Origin: Blastococcus sp.
GTDB taxonomy: Bacteria > Actinomycetota > Actinomycetes > Mycobacteriales > Geodermatophilaceae
Assembly: GCA_025965695.1 (NCBI GenBank)
Contig: JAOPWM010000193.1
Span: forward strand, 6,093-70,092
Reading direction: 5' to 3'
Length of the DNA: 64,000 nucleotides
Of this stretch, positions 51,946-61,753 are shown in pieces (position 1 is the stretch's first letter; the number at the start of each line of letters is the position of its first letter). The notes beneath the pieces were generated by a model, which was not told the DNA's origin, ran no database searches, and saw only the letters and a program-made list of their open reading frames with translations. The position numbers and the translations under genes are program-made.

Positions 51946-53670
51946 TCACGGCGGGTCGGCGGCCGCCGGCGCGGCCGGCGGAGCCGGCTCGGGTGGCACG
52001 TCCGGGACGACGTCGGGCTCGGTGTCCGGCAGCGCCGCCGGAACCGCGTAGGCCCAGACGAGGTGGCGGACGACGGGAGCGTCCTCGTCGGCGAGATGCG
52101 CCCGGGCCCGCACCTCGAGCGCCGCATCGGCAACGGTGCCGCGTTCCATGTGCTGGCGCAGGTGCTCGTGCCAGGTGCTCACGGTGAACGTCTCCAGGAA
52201 CGACTCCGGGTCCTCGGCGTCCTGGAACACGCCCCACAGCGCCGCCCCGGTGCGGCGGCGTGCGCGGCCCAGATCCCGCATCACGCGGAGGAACTCGGGG
52301 ACCTCGGTGCCCGGTACCCGCCATTGGAGGGTGACCAGCACCGGGCCTGCGTCGGGGGCCCAGTCCTGGGACGGCGGGTGCGGCCAGGGCAGCTCACTGT
52401 GCCGGACGTCGTGCGCCGCACGCAGCGGAGGCAGCAGCAGCCCGAGGAGCGCGGCCAGGACCAGCCCCCCGGACGGCACGAGGAAGGCGGCGGCGAGGCC
52501 GTACGCCTCCGCCAGCGCGCCCCAGGCGAGCGCGCCGAGGGCCTGCCCGCCCATGAAGACCAGCTGGAAGTAGGCCAGTGCCCGGGCACGCGCCCACGTC
52601 GGGAGCAGCAGCTGCGCCGCAGCGCCCAGCGTGGACTGCACGGCGATCCAGCTCAGGCCGGCCAGCACGAGCGCGGCCACGACGGCCGTCCGCGACAGGG
52701 TCAGGCCGACCACGGCGACAGCCACCGCGTACAGCAGGGTCGCGACAGTGACCACCCCGCCGGAGCCCCGGCCCGCGCGAAGTCGGGGCAGCACGGCGGT
52801 ACCGAGAACTGCTCCGAGCCCCACGGCCGCCAGCAACCCTCCGTACCCGTTGGGCCCGAGGCCCAGTGGGCCGCGCGCGAGGGCCGGCAGCAGGGCCCAG
52901 AGGCCGCTGGCGAACACCATGAACAATGCCGACCGGACGAGGACGGCGCCGAACGCGGGGGCTCTGCGCACGTATCGCACGCCGGCCCGCATGGCCGGCC
53001 CGATCGACTCGGCGCCCAGTGGTCGCTCGACGGCCGGCCGCGGCCAGCGGTACAGAACGGCCAGGACCCCGACGAAGGAGGCCGAGTTCAGGGCGAACGC
53101 TGCCGCCGGACCGGCCACGCCGATGAGCAGGCCACCGACCGCCGGCCCCACGGCTCGGGCCACGTTCCCGTTCGCCCCGTTGAGGAGCGCGGCCTGGGGC
53201 AGCTCCTCGCGCGGCACCAGCTCCGGCTGGACCGCCTGGAAGCACGGTGCGGCCACGGCCTGCCCGACGGCGAGCACGGCCGTGAGCGCCAGCAGCCGGT
53301 TCGGCGTCGTGAGCCGGATCGCGGTGAGCAGCGCCAGTCCGGCCGCCGCCAGCAGCATGAGCGTCTGGCTGAGCAGCAGCAGCCGCCGCCGGTCGACGAT
53401 GTCGCCGAGTGCGCCGGCAGGGACGACGAGCAGGAAGACCGGCAAGGTCGCCGCCGTCTGGACGAGCGCGATCTGCAGGGCCGTTCCGCCGAGGTCGCCC
53501 ATCAGCCATTGAGCACCGACCGTCTGGGCCCAGGTTCCGGTGTTCGCCACGAACTGAGCGATCCACAACGCGCGGAACCATGTCCTGCGCAGCGGCGCCC
53601 ACGCGGAACCGGCGTCCGGCCGGCGGGACGGGGCCTCTGTCGGTCTTGGGTCGCGGGAGACGTCGACCAT
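51946..53670 (-). CDS. MFS transporter with C-terminal soluble extension (MFS_3/DUF894-like)
   Basis: FRALWIA..V.N.G.W, GALGDIVDRRR, W.EHLRQH. Confidence 0.85.
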   Translation of the reverse strand: MVDVSRDPRPTEAPSRRPDAGSAWAPLRRTWFRALWIAQFVANTGTWAQTVGAQWLMGDLGGTALQIALVQTAATLPVFLLVVPAGALGDIVDRRRLLLLSQTLMLLAAAGLALLTAIRLTTPNRLLALTAVLAVGQAVAAPCFQAVQPELVPREELPQAALLNGANGNVARAVGPAVGGLLIGVAGPAAAFALNSASFVGVLAVLYRWPRPAVERPLGAESIGPAMRAGVRYVRRAPAFGAVLVRSALFMVFASGLWALLPALARGPLGLGPNGYGGLLAAVGLGAVLGTAVLPRLRAGRGSGGVVTVATLLYAVAVAVVGLTLSRTAVVAALVLAGLSWIAVQSTLGAAAQLLLPTWARARALAYFQLVFMGGQALGALAWGALAEAYGLAAAFLVPSGGLVLAALLGLLLPPLRAAHDVRHSELPWPHPPSQDWAPDAGPVLVTLQWRVPGTEVPEFLRVMRDLGRARRRTGAALWGVFQDAEDPESFLETFTVSTWHEHLRQHMERGTVADAALEVRARAHLADEDAPVVRHLVWAYAVPAALPDTEPDVVPDVPPEPAPPAAPAAADPP

Positions 53671-53731
53671 TCGCGTGAGCTACCCGCGGGCCCCTCGCCC
53701 ACGCCCACCGGAGAGCCGACCGGCAGGCGGC

Positions 53732-54826
53732 TCACCCGTGCGGCACCTCCAAGGCCGCGGAGAGGACGTGCCGGCGCCGTTCGCTCAGGTCGGCGAACAG
53801 GGCAGCTGCCCGGTCGAAGGGCACCACGTCGGTGAGCACGTGCTCACGGATCTGCGGCCCCTGGTGGCACAGCAGTTCGAGGGTCTCGTGCGAGAGCCGG
53901 CGGCGGTCCCAGCACGCCGCCAGGCGGCGTGGCACCCGGCCGATCTGCGCGCAGCGGACGGACAGGCCGTTGTGGTGGAACTCCTGGCCGAGCGCGACGG
54001 CGTCCGCGCCGTCGGTGTAGAACGCCAGGTCGACGACCGTGCCCTGGGGACGCAGACACCGCAGCGCCGTCGCCAGCGCCGACGCCTCGCCGCGGCACTG
54101 GAAGACGACGTCGGCACCGTGGTCGGCTGCTCCGTGCCGCCATCGGGTCTTCAGGTCACGGGCCACGTCCGGGGTGTCGTCGACGGCCTGCAGGCCCAGG
54201 CCGACGGCGGCGCGGCGGCGCTGCTCGGTCGGGTCGAGCACGACCACCTCGGCCGCGCCGTGCACCCGGGCGAGCAGTCCGACCAGCAGCCCGATGGTCC
54301 CGCCGCCGACGACGAGCACCAGCCGACCGCGCACACCGGAGGACAGCTCGGCGCCGCCGGCGTCGTCCGCGGCGTGCAGCAGGCCGTTGGCGCAGATGGG
54401 GCCCAGGTGAGCGGCGTAGATGCCGAGCAGGGGGTCCAGTCCGGGCGGTAGGTGCACCACGTGCTGGGTGACCGGGTCGCCGTGCACCACGGTGGAATGG
54501 CCGTAGGCCATGGCGACCACGGCGCCCTCGGCCACGGCGGCTGTGCGGCTGTGCGTGACGCGGGCGACCTCCATGTACCCCAGGTGCCGCACCGGGAAGG
54601 ACTGGGCCGGCCGACCGCGGTCGAACAGACCGAGTTCCGGATCCCAGCCGGCGGTGAGGTGCGGGCTGGTCCCGCGGTACCAGGCGAGCTCGGTGCCGGC
54701 CGACATCCCCGTGAACAACGTGCGGGCCCGGAACCGGCCGTCGGCCAGCGGAGGCTCGGGCTCCTCCACGATCTCGAGGACGCCGGGTCGCAGGACGACC
54801 AGCGTGCGGACGGTCGCGTCGCTCAT
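53732..54826 (-). CDS. MDR-family dehydrogenase, YcjQ-like
   Basis: SAGTE...YRGTSP, LGYM, GGGTIG, GADVV, LGQEFHHN; canonical C..GHE zinc ligands absent. Confidence 0.75.
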   Translation of the reverse strand: MSDATVRTLVVLRPGVLEIVEEPEPPLADGRFRARTLFTGMSAGTELAWYRGTSPHLTAGWDPELGLFDRGRPAQSFPVRHLGYMEVARVTHSRTAAVAEGAVVAMAYGHSTVVHGDPVTQHVVHLPPGLDPLLGIYAAHLGPICANGLLHAADDAGGAELSSGVRGRLVLVVGGGTIGLLVGLLARVHGAAEVVVLDPTEQRRRAAVGLGLQAVDDTPDVARDLKTRWRHGAADHGADVVFQCRGEASALATALRCLRPQGTVVDLAFYTDGADAVALGQEFHHNGLSVRCAQIGRVPRRLAACWDRRRLSHETLELLCHQGPQIREHVLTDVVPFDRAAALFADLSERRRHVLSAALEVPHG

Positions 54827-55782
54827 CGGTCCACGACCCGGACCACCGACCCCGTGCGGGTGGCCTCGGCGACCGCCCACGCGAGGCGGTGGGTGCGCAG
54901 TGCCTCGGCGACGTCGACGAGTCCGGGAGCCGCGGGGCGGCCGGAGAGCACGTTGACGAAGGCCCGGTCGACGGCCCGGCGACCGTCGACGGCGGGCTGG
55001 GTGAGCGTCTCCCCGTCGGCACTGCGGATCCGCAACGAGGTCTCGGTGACCTGCGCCGTGAGGCCGTCGGCCACCACGTCCAGGCCCGCCTCGGTCAGGG
55101 CGGACAGGACGCACGAGGCGCTGACCGTGCCGACTGCGCCGGAGTCGAAGCGCAGCACCGCTGCGGTCGCGTCGGGTACGTCGCGCCCGTCCACCGTGGA
55201 CGGTGCGGCGCCGCCGACCACCTCCCGCACCTCCCCCACCAGCACCCGCACGAGGTCGAGCACGTGCGTCGCCTGCTCGACGACCTGGCCACCGGACAGT
55301 CGCTGAGAACTCCACCAGGCCGGGGGCGGGGTCGACCCCCACCACCGGGCGTCGGCCAGCCGGACCTGCCGTGCGGCCAGGGCCGACCGTGCGTGCTCGA
55401 CGGTGTCCAGATGTCGCCAGTGGTAGCCGGTTGCCGTCGGCAGGCCGGCGCACGCCACGGCGCGGGCCACCCCCTCGGCGACCCGCAGGTCGGCGGCGAG
55501 CGGCTTTTCCACGAAGAACGGCAGGCCGGCCCGGAGGACCGCGGGTTCGAGGTCGCCGTGCGCGAACGGCGGCACGCACAGCCAGACTGCGTCCGGCCGC
55601 ATCCGCAGGAGCTCGTCCAGGCCCGCGACCGCCGCGACCCCGAGTTCGCCGCCCAGGGCCTCGCGCGGGGCCGGCCGGGCGTCACAGATGCCGACCAGCT
55701 GGACGTCCGGGAACCCGGCGAGAGTGCGGGCATGCCGGGCCCCCACCGCGCCGGCGCCGACCAGCCCCACCCGGACCGTCAT
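54823..55782 (-). CDS. Gfo/Idh/MocA oxidoreductase
   Basis: GAGAVG..H, VEKP, GYHWR, SGGQVVEQATH..D. Confidence 0.85.
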   Translation of the reverse strand: MTVRVGLVGAGAVGARHARTLAGFPDVQLVGICDARPAPREALGGELGVAAVAGLDELLRMRPDAVWLCVPPFAHGDLEPAVLRAGLPFFVEKPLAADLRVAEGVARAVACAGLPTATGYHWRHLDTVEHARSALAARQVRLADARWWGSTPPPAWWSSQRLSGGQVVEQATHVLDLVRVLVGEVREVVGGAAPSTVDGRDVPDATAAVLRFDSGAVGTVSASCVLSALTEAGLDVVADGLTAQVTETSLRIRSADGETLTQPAVDGRRAVDRAFVNVLSGRPAAPGLVDVAEALRTHRLAWAVAEATRTGSVVRVVDR

Positions 55783-55957
55783 CCCACGATCCTGCCGCGT
55801 ACGGCCGGTCTCTGCCGGGCCGCTGTACCGGCGGTCCGGGAAGTGGCCGGAGCAGTTCCGGCTCATCGAGCGCCGTGCGATCCGGTGCCCCACCCTGGAA
55901 TGCCTCGGGGGTTCCGGCGGTGCCGCTGGGGGCGCCGCGAGGCGGAAGGACCTGGCC

Positions 55958-56935
55958 ATGCGCACCGAGGTCATCCAGTGGCTGTCGCGCCGCACGTACC
56001 GCGCACCCGACTACTGCGCCCGCTGCCTGCTCGAGGAGAAGCAGCGGGTCGGCTGCACCGTCAGCGTCGTCCTCCCGGCGCTCGACGAGGAGGCGACGGT
56101 CGGCGCGATCGTCGCCACGATCCGGACGAACCTCGTGGAACGCCTACCCCTGGTCGACGAACTGCTCGTCATCGACAGCGGGTCGACCGACCGGACGGCG
56201 CTCGTGGCAGCCGAGGCCGGCGCCCGGGTCGTCCACGTCGACGAAGTCCTGCCGCGGTACGGCCGCGTGCCCGGCAAGGGCGAGGCGCTGTGGAAGTCGC
56301 TCTACGTGTCCGACGGCGACCTCGTCGTCTTCCTCGACTCCGACGTCCGGGCCTTCGATCCCCACTTCGTCGTCGGGCTCCTGGGACCTCTGATCACCGA
56401 TCCGGCGGTCGGTTATGTGAAGGGCCTCTACGACCGTCCGGTGGCGACCGCAGAGGGCCTGCTCCCCACCGGTGGCGGTCGCGTCACCGAGCTCACGGCG
56501 CGTCCGCTGATCGGAGCCCTCTGGCCGCACCTGGCGGGATTCGTCCAGCCGCTGTCCGGCGAGTACGCAGGCCGGCGCCGACTCCTCGAACGGGTGCCCT
56601 TCACGTCCCACTACGGCGTGGAGTTCGGGTTGCTCGTCGACCTGGCCGAACTCGCCGGCCTGGACGCCCTCGCGCAGGTCGACCTGGGGACGCGGCAGCA
56701 CGCCCACCAGACCGACGCGGCGCTCGGCCGGATGGCCGCACAGGTCCTTCAGGCGGCGCTCGCCCGCTGCCCGGAACTCCGGGTGCCGGGCGACGAACTG
56801 GTCCAGTTCGTCCGCCGCGGCACCGACGTGGAGGGGGTCCCCTGGGACGTCGGTCTCGTCGAGCGGCCACCCATGGCGACGGTGCCCGAGTACCGCGCCC
56901 GCCGTTCGGCGCGGGACGCCGGATGCCCGGCATGA
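55958..56935 (+). CDS. gpgS: Glucosyl-3-phosphoglycerate synthase (GT81)
   Basis: PALDEEATVG, GKGEALW, DSD, GGGRVTEL.ARP, QPLSGEY. Confidence 0.9.
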   Translation: MRTEVIQWLSRRTYRAPDYCARCLLEEKQRVGCTVSVVLPALDEEATVGAIVATIRTNLVERLPLVDELLVIDSGSTDRTALVAAEAGARVVHVDEVLPRYGRVPGKGEALWKSLYVSDGDLVVFLDSDVRAFDPHFVVGLLGPLITDPAVGYVKGLYDRPVATAEGLLPTGGGRVTELTARPLIGALWPHLAGFVQPLSGEYAGRRRLLERVPFTSHYGVEFGLLVDLAELAGLDALAQVDLGTRQHAHQTDAALGRMAAQVLQAALARCPELRVPGDELVQFVRRGTDVEGVPWDVGLVERPPMATVPEYRARRSARDAGCPA

Positions 56936-58134
56936 AGATCCTCATGGACGCCGGGCCCTGGCTGGCGGTGCCGCCCCAGGGCTACGGAGGCCTGGAGAAC
57001 GTGGTCGCGACGCTCACCACCGAACTGCGACGTCGGGGGCATGAGGTGGTTCTGGCGACCGTCGGGGAGAGCGAACAGCCGGCGGACGGCCGCATCGCCG
57101 CGTTCGCCACGGCGCAGTTCCAGCGGCTCGCGGCCCCGTACTCGGAGGTGACGGGCGTCGCGCACGCTCACGAGCAGGTCGTGGTCGACGAGATCCGACG
57201 GCAGGCCGAGGCCGGCGTGCCGTTCACCCTCGTGCACAGTCATCTCGAGGTGGTGGGCCCCGCCGTCCTGTCGGTTCTCACGGCTGCACCTCCCGTTCTG
57301 CAGACGCTGCACTGGGACCTGCAGCGCAATCGGGACTTCTACGCCTCCTTCGACGGCCGAGGACGCGTCTTCTTCGCCGGCGTCTCGGAGTCCCAGATCG
57401 CGCGGGGGCCGACCGCTCTGCGACGTCAGATCCTGGGAGTGGTCCCCCTGTCCGTTCCCATCCCGGAGAACGGTCCGCTCCCGCGGGCGGAACGGGAGGA
57501 CTACGTCCTCGTCCTTGCTCGGCTGTGCGAGGCGAAGGGCACCGACATCGCGCTCCGGGCCTGCCGAGCGGCCGGAGTGCCGCTGGTGCTGGCCGGCCCG
57601 GTAGGTGGGCAGCCCGATCGTCGCGCACTCGAGGCCGCTCTCCGCGACCCCGCGAGTCCGGTGCGGAACTACCCAGACGTCCGCTGGTTCACCGACCACG
57701 TCGCGCCGCTGCTCGACGACCGGTGCGCCCGGTGGGTCGGCACCACGTCGGGACGGGCGAAGACCGAACTGCTGCGCCAGGCCCGGGCCGTGCTGTTCCC
57801 GATCCGCTGGCCGGAGCCCGGAGGCACGGCGGTCTGCGAGGCGCTGGCCGCCGGCACACCGGTGGTCGGAATGGCCCGCGGCTGCCTCCCCTCGCTGGTC
57901 GAGCCGGGAGTCACCGGCTTCCTGACCGAGAACGAGGCAGAGTTCACCGGCGCCCTCGGACGGGTGGACGATCTGGACCCCGAGGCCTGCACGGCGGCAG
58001 CCCGCATGCGCTTCTCGCCGTCGGTCATGGCGGACGGTTACGAACGGCTCTACGCCGAGGTGCTCCGGCGGTGTATGACCGATCGGACGGGGGCCGTCCC
58101 GGTCAGGACTGGCCCGGATCCGCAACCAGGTTGA
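56932..58134 (+). CDS. GT4-family glycosyltransferase
   Basis: VPPQGYGGLE, KG, WPEPGG...EALAAGTPV. Confidence 0.88.
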   Translation: MKILMDAGPWLAVPPQGYGGLENVVATLTTELRRRGHEVVLATVGESEQPADGRIAAFATAQFQRLAAPYSEVTGVAHAHEQVVVDEIRRQAEAGVPFTLVHSHLEVVGPAVLSVLTAAPPVLQTLHWDLQRNRDFYASFDGRGRVFFAGVSESQIARGPTALRRQILGVVPLSVPIPENGPLPRAEREDYVLVLARLCEAKGTDIALRACRAAGVPLVLAGPVGGQPDRRALEAALRDPASPVRNYPDVRWFTDHVAPLLDDRCARWVGTTSGRAKTELLRQARAVLFPIRWPEPGGTAVCEALAAGTPVVGMARGCLPSLVEPGVTGFLTENEAEFTGALGRVDDLDPEACTAAARMRFSPSVMADGYERLYAEVLRRCMTDRTGAVPVRTGPDPQPG

Positions 58135-58220
58135 TCGCCGAGGGGATCACCACCGTGCCGGACACGTAGGAGAGCGGGGTGTGGGCGAGGGCCGCCTGCC
58201 GGACGTCGGTGACGTGCGTC
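58103..58220 (-). pseudogene. Possible C-terminal remnant of a DUF1345-like membrane protein
   Basis: VRQAALAHTPLSYVSGTVVIPSAINLVA resembles the RRTALRHALLSY.FGTV..A..INLVA terminus (recalled similarity). Confidence 0.35.
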
Positions 58221-58430
58221 CGCCCCTTCTCCGCTGCGCGCTGGCCCCGCGGGTCCATCGGCCAGATGACGCGACCAGCCCGAATGCCCCGCACGCGATC
58301 TGGCCACCCGTGAAGTCGGCGCAGGATCGGTCGCACTGCCGATGGAGCCGGCGCCGGTCGATCGTCTGTCATGGGACACAGTCCGCTCCCCTGCCGGCGC
58401 CTCGGGCGCCCCTTCCCGAGGACACCGCAC

Positions 58431-59639
58431 ATGCGCATCGGTCTGATCGCTCCCCCGTGGCTGCCCGTACCGCCACCGGCCTACGGCGGCACGGAGTCGG
58501 TCGTCGACCGCCTGGCCAGGGGCCTGGTGCGCGCAGGGCACGACGTCCTGCTGGCCGCTGCGGCCAACAGCTCGTGCCCCGTGCCGCGCGTGGCCGGCAC
58601 CGCCGAGGCAGCCGACCAGGCGCCGGTCTGCGGCGACAGCGTCACGGAGCTGAGCCACGTCATCACCGGCTACGCCGCGATGGGCGCCGTCGACATCGTC
58701 CACGACCACACGCTCGTGGGCCCCCTGTACCGCGACGCGCATCAGGGAGCACCGATCGTGACCACCAACCATGGACCGTTCGATGGCTTGCTGACGCCGA
58801 TCTACCGCGCCATGCGGGGGGTCGCCGTCATCGGGATCTCCCACCACCAGGCGTCCACCGCCACCGGCGTCCTGATCGCCGCCGTCATCCATCACGGCAT
58901 CGACGTCGAAGCTCTGCCCGTCGGGCCCGGCGACGGTGGATATGCCAGCTTCGTCGGGCGCATGTGCCCGGACAAGGGCCCACGGGAAGCGGTGATGATC
59001 GCGCGAACCGCCGGGGTACCGCTGAAGATGGCCGCAAAGATGCGGGAGCCCTGCGAGCGGGACTACTTCGAGAGCAGCATCAAGCCCTTGCTCGGCTCGG
59101 ACGTCGAATACCTCGGTGAACTGGGACCCGACGACAAGATGGAGCTGATCGGCGGGTCCTTCAGCCTGCTCAACCCCTTGCAGTGGGCCGAGCCTTTCGG
59201 CCTGGTGATGATCGAGGCCCTCGCGGTGGGCACCCCGGTCGTCGCCACGGCGGCCGGATCGGCCCCGGAGATCGTCGACGACGGCGTGACCGGGTACCTG
59301 CGGGACGGCCAGCTGAACCTGGCGGCGGCCCTGCTCGTCGCGGCCGACCTGGACCGGTCGGCCTGCCGCGCGGCTGCGCTGGCACGGTTCAGCACCGACC
59401 GGATGGTGGCCGCCCACGTGCAGCTGTACCGGGATGTTCTGGGGGGCTCGGTGAGTGGGGTGGCGCCTGCGGTCGCCGGGCCGAGGAGAACGCCGCTACA
59501 CAGATCCGGCGAGAGCGCCCAGAACGGTTGGCACGTCGTCCACGACGACCGCGTCCGTGCCGGCCGCCAGGAGGAACCGGGCAAGCTCGGTCCTCGGGCA
59601 CCAGATCAGCAGCTGTCGCGCACAACCGTGGACCAGTGA
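58431..59639 (+). CDS. GT4-family glycosyltransferase
   Basis: PPPAYGGTE, GRM.PDKG, WAEPFGLVMIEALA.GTPV. Confidence 0.9.
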   Translation: MRIGLIAPPWLPVPPPAYGGTESVVDRLARGLVRAGHDVLLAAAANSSCPVPRVAGTAEAADQAPVCGDSVTELSHVITGYAAMGAVDIVHDHTLVGPLYRDAHQGAPIVTTNHGPFDGLLTPIYRAMRGVAVIGISHHQASTATGVLIAAVIHHGIDVEALPVGPGDGGYASFVGRMCPDKGPREAVMIARTAGVPLKMAAKMREPCERDYFESSIKPLLGSDVEYLGELGPDDKMELIGGSFSLLNPLQWAEPFGLVMIEALAVGTPVVATAAGSAPEIVDDGVTGYLRDGQLNLAAALLVAADLDRSACRAAALARFSTDRMVAAHVQLYRDVLGGSVSGVAPAVAGPRRTPLHRSGESAQNGWHVVHDDRVRAGRQEEPGKLGPRAPDQQLSRTTVDQ

Positions 59640-60263
59640 GAGCAGCCGCTCGACGGTACGCAGGTCGCCCCTCCGGCCCCGGGCGGCGGCACCGAGGGAG
59701 CCGGCCTGCAGTGCCAGGACCTCCACATCGAGGTGCGCGCACGCCGCTACCGCCATCTCCAGCGGGAACCGGTACCAGGTCAGCAACCCGAGGGGGACCG
59801 ACGGAGCCTCCTGGCGGAGAAGGTGGAGGGCTCCGGGGTCGAAGGAGGACACCATCATCGGGCGACGGCCCACCTCGTCCGACACCTCCGTCGCCAGCAG
59901 CCCGGCCGTCGTGCCCGCGGGGGCCCGCAGGCAGTCCTCGATCGAGGATTTGAGGTCGATGTTCACCCCCACGACGGGCGGCAGCTCGTCGAGGAGGGTC
60001 CGTAGCCGCAGCGTCCCGCGCCGGTCCGTCTCGGCCCCGGACAGGTCCGTCAGGACGGTGCCGTCGGGATAGGTCGCATCGTGCGCGACCACCAGGGTGT
60101 CGTCTCCGGTGCGGCGCACGTCGGCCTCGACCCACCTCGCACCACTCCGCACGGCGGCGGAGAACGAGCCGAGGGTGTTCTGACGCTGGCCGGCCACGAG
60201 GCCGCTGCCCAGTCCCCGGTGCCCGATGACGGTCGGGACCTCATCGAATACGCAGGGCCGCAC
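59496..60263 (-). CDS. Glycerophosphodiester phosphodiesterase family protein
   Basis: IGHRG, .NTL.SF, VEADVRRT.D..LVVAHD, NIDLK, VSSF; start uncertain. Confidence 0.85.
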   Translation of the reverse strand: MRPCVFDEVPTVIGHRGLGSGLVAGQRQNTLGSFSAAVRSGARWVEADVRRTGDDTLVVAHDATYPDGTVLTDLSGAETDRRGTLRLRTLLDELPPVVGVNIDLKSSIEDCLRAPAGTTAGLLATEVSDEVGRRPMMVSSFDPGALHLLRQEAPSVPLGLLTWYRFPLEMAVAACAHLDVEVLALQAGSLGAAARGRRGDLRTVERLLSLVHGCARQLLIWCPRTELARFLLAAGTDAVVVDDVPTVLGALAGSV

Positions 60264-60271
60264 GGTCGTGC

Positions 60272-60463
60272 TCAACCGGGAAGTCCGGGCTCGTGGTGCT
60301 GCAGGCATGGCCCGGTCAGCACCTCGATCGCACCGGGGACGCCGTGCGGTCCGGGACCGCCGAGGTCCCCGCTCGGGGCGCTGATGCAGAAGGACGAGCC
60401 CTCCACCGGCGTGACCGCTCCCCCCGCGGTCGTCACCGGCTCGCCCTCGGGTGTCCAGGACAC
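60272..60463 (-). pseudogene. N-terminal remnant of an amylo-alpha-1,6-glucosidase (glycogen debranching-like) gene
   Basis: GAGGAGG RBS, then VSWTPEGEP...VTPVEGSSFCIS..SGD...GPHG; stops after 63 aa. Confidence 0.55.
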
Positions 60464-60735
60464 ATGTCTCACCCTCCTCGCTGCTCGGTGCGATCGTTCA
60501 CGCTGGGGGTCGGCCGCGACCAGGGGCAATCGGCCGTTCTGCCGATCGGAACCGCCGACGGAATACAACAGAGTGGACGCCGGGCCCGGGCGGGCCCACC
60601 ATGAGCGGGACCGCAGTTCTCCTCGTGGACCCAGAGACTTCCCAGATCGGGACGAGTGGCAATGCCGGACCGCAGAATCTGCGCCGGCGGGGGTGAGCCC
60701 AGGACGTCGATATCGCCGCACGGCGGGGTGGACGT

Positions 60736-61746
60736 GTGATGAGGGCGCCGGAACGGTCCCTGCGGGCGGACCTGGCGGAGATCGCCGCACTGCCGGTGAG
60801 CGTCGAGCAGCGAGCGCAGGACGTGCTCGAGGCGTTTCGCCGCGTCGTCCCGTACGCCGCGGCCTGGATCGGGGTGCGGGACCCGGAGACGCGTCAGCAT
60901 CGACCGGTCGCGACCCAGGGTGACACCGAACCGTTGGCCAGGTACTTCACCCTGCCCGAGGCCGACGACGAGCTCGAGCAACTGGGGCTGAACCGGCTGC
61001 GACCGCCGATGTGTGCCAGCGACCTGCCGGCACCGCTGGCCGAGATCCACGCCTGGGGTGAGTACCTGCTCCCCGCGGGATTCCGGGACGGCTTCGCGAT
61101 GGGCCTGTTCAGCGCTGACGGACGCCACCTGGGATTCATCAGCCTGCTCACCGACGATCCCGCCGAACGCACGACCGCCTACAGCGGCATCGTCGAGACT
61201 CTCCGTCCGCTGCTCGCCCAGGCCCTCGACCGCATGCCCTCGCTCGCCGCCGTGGCGCGGCTCACCGGGGACGCGGTGGGCGGCGTCGTTCTGACGCGTG
61301 CCGGTGCCACCCTGCCGTTGCCCGGCCTGCCCGACCATCCGTTGCTCGCGCCGGGCTCCGTCGTCCCTGCCGTGGCGAGCGAGCACCTCACGGGTCCCGG
61401 AGCCCACGCCTCGTTCCTCTGCCCCTTCGCCGGGGCAGCGGGGGAACTGGTCCGGATCACGGTCCTCGACTGCCGGGACCAGCCGCCGGACCACCTGTCC
61501 GCCGTCGTCCTCGTCCGTCGTCGCGTCGACCCGCGGGGCCTGCAACTGGCGGACCTCCAGGTGCTCGGTGCCCTCCTGCACGGATGGCGCGTGGAGCAGG
61601 TCGCGACGGCCTTTCCCGGACCACCCCTCGCCGCCCGGCTGCACAGGATGGCGGCCCAGGTGCAGGCCCGTTCCCCTGGTCACCTGCTGCTGCACGCTGC
61701 CCGCGAGGGGTGCTACGTCCCGCCGGCGCTCTGGCGCACCAGCTGA
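60736..61746 (+). CDS. GAF-like + degenerate LuxR-HTH regulator
   Basis: Paralogous to 61754-62773 (AAWI..RDP, W..YLLPAG, REG.YVP); HTH residues diverged. Confidence 0.75.
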   Translation: MMRAPERSLRADLAEIAALPVSVEQRAQDVLEAFRRVVPYAAAWIGVRDPETRQHRPVATQGDTEPLARYFTLPEADDELEQLGLNRLRPPMCASDLPAPLAEIHAWGEYLLPAGFRDGFAMGLFSADGRHLGFISLLTDDPAERTTAYSGIVETLRPLLAQALDRMPSLAAVARLTGDAVGGVVLTRAGATLPLPGLPDHPLLAPGSVVPAVASEHLTGPGAHASFLCPFAGAAGELVRITVLDCRDQPPDHLSAVVLVRRRVDPRGLQLADLQVLGALLHGWRVEQVATAFPGPPLAARLHRMAAQVQARSPGHLLLHAAREGCYVPPALWRTS

Positions 61747-61753
61747 CCCGAGC

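Noticed and set aside
54889-58134. 1081-aa ORF suggesting a giant glycosyltransferase
   Set aside because: Only the last 400 aa (from 56932) are GT4; the rest overlaps gpgS and the Gfo gene in other frames
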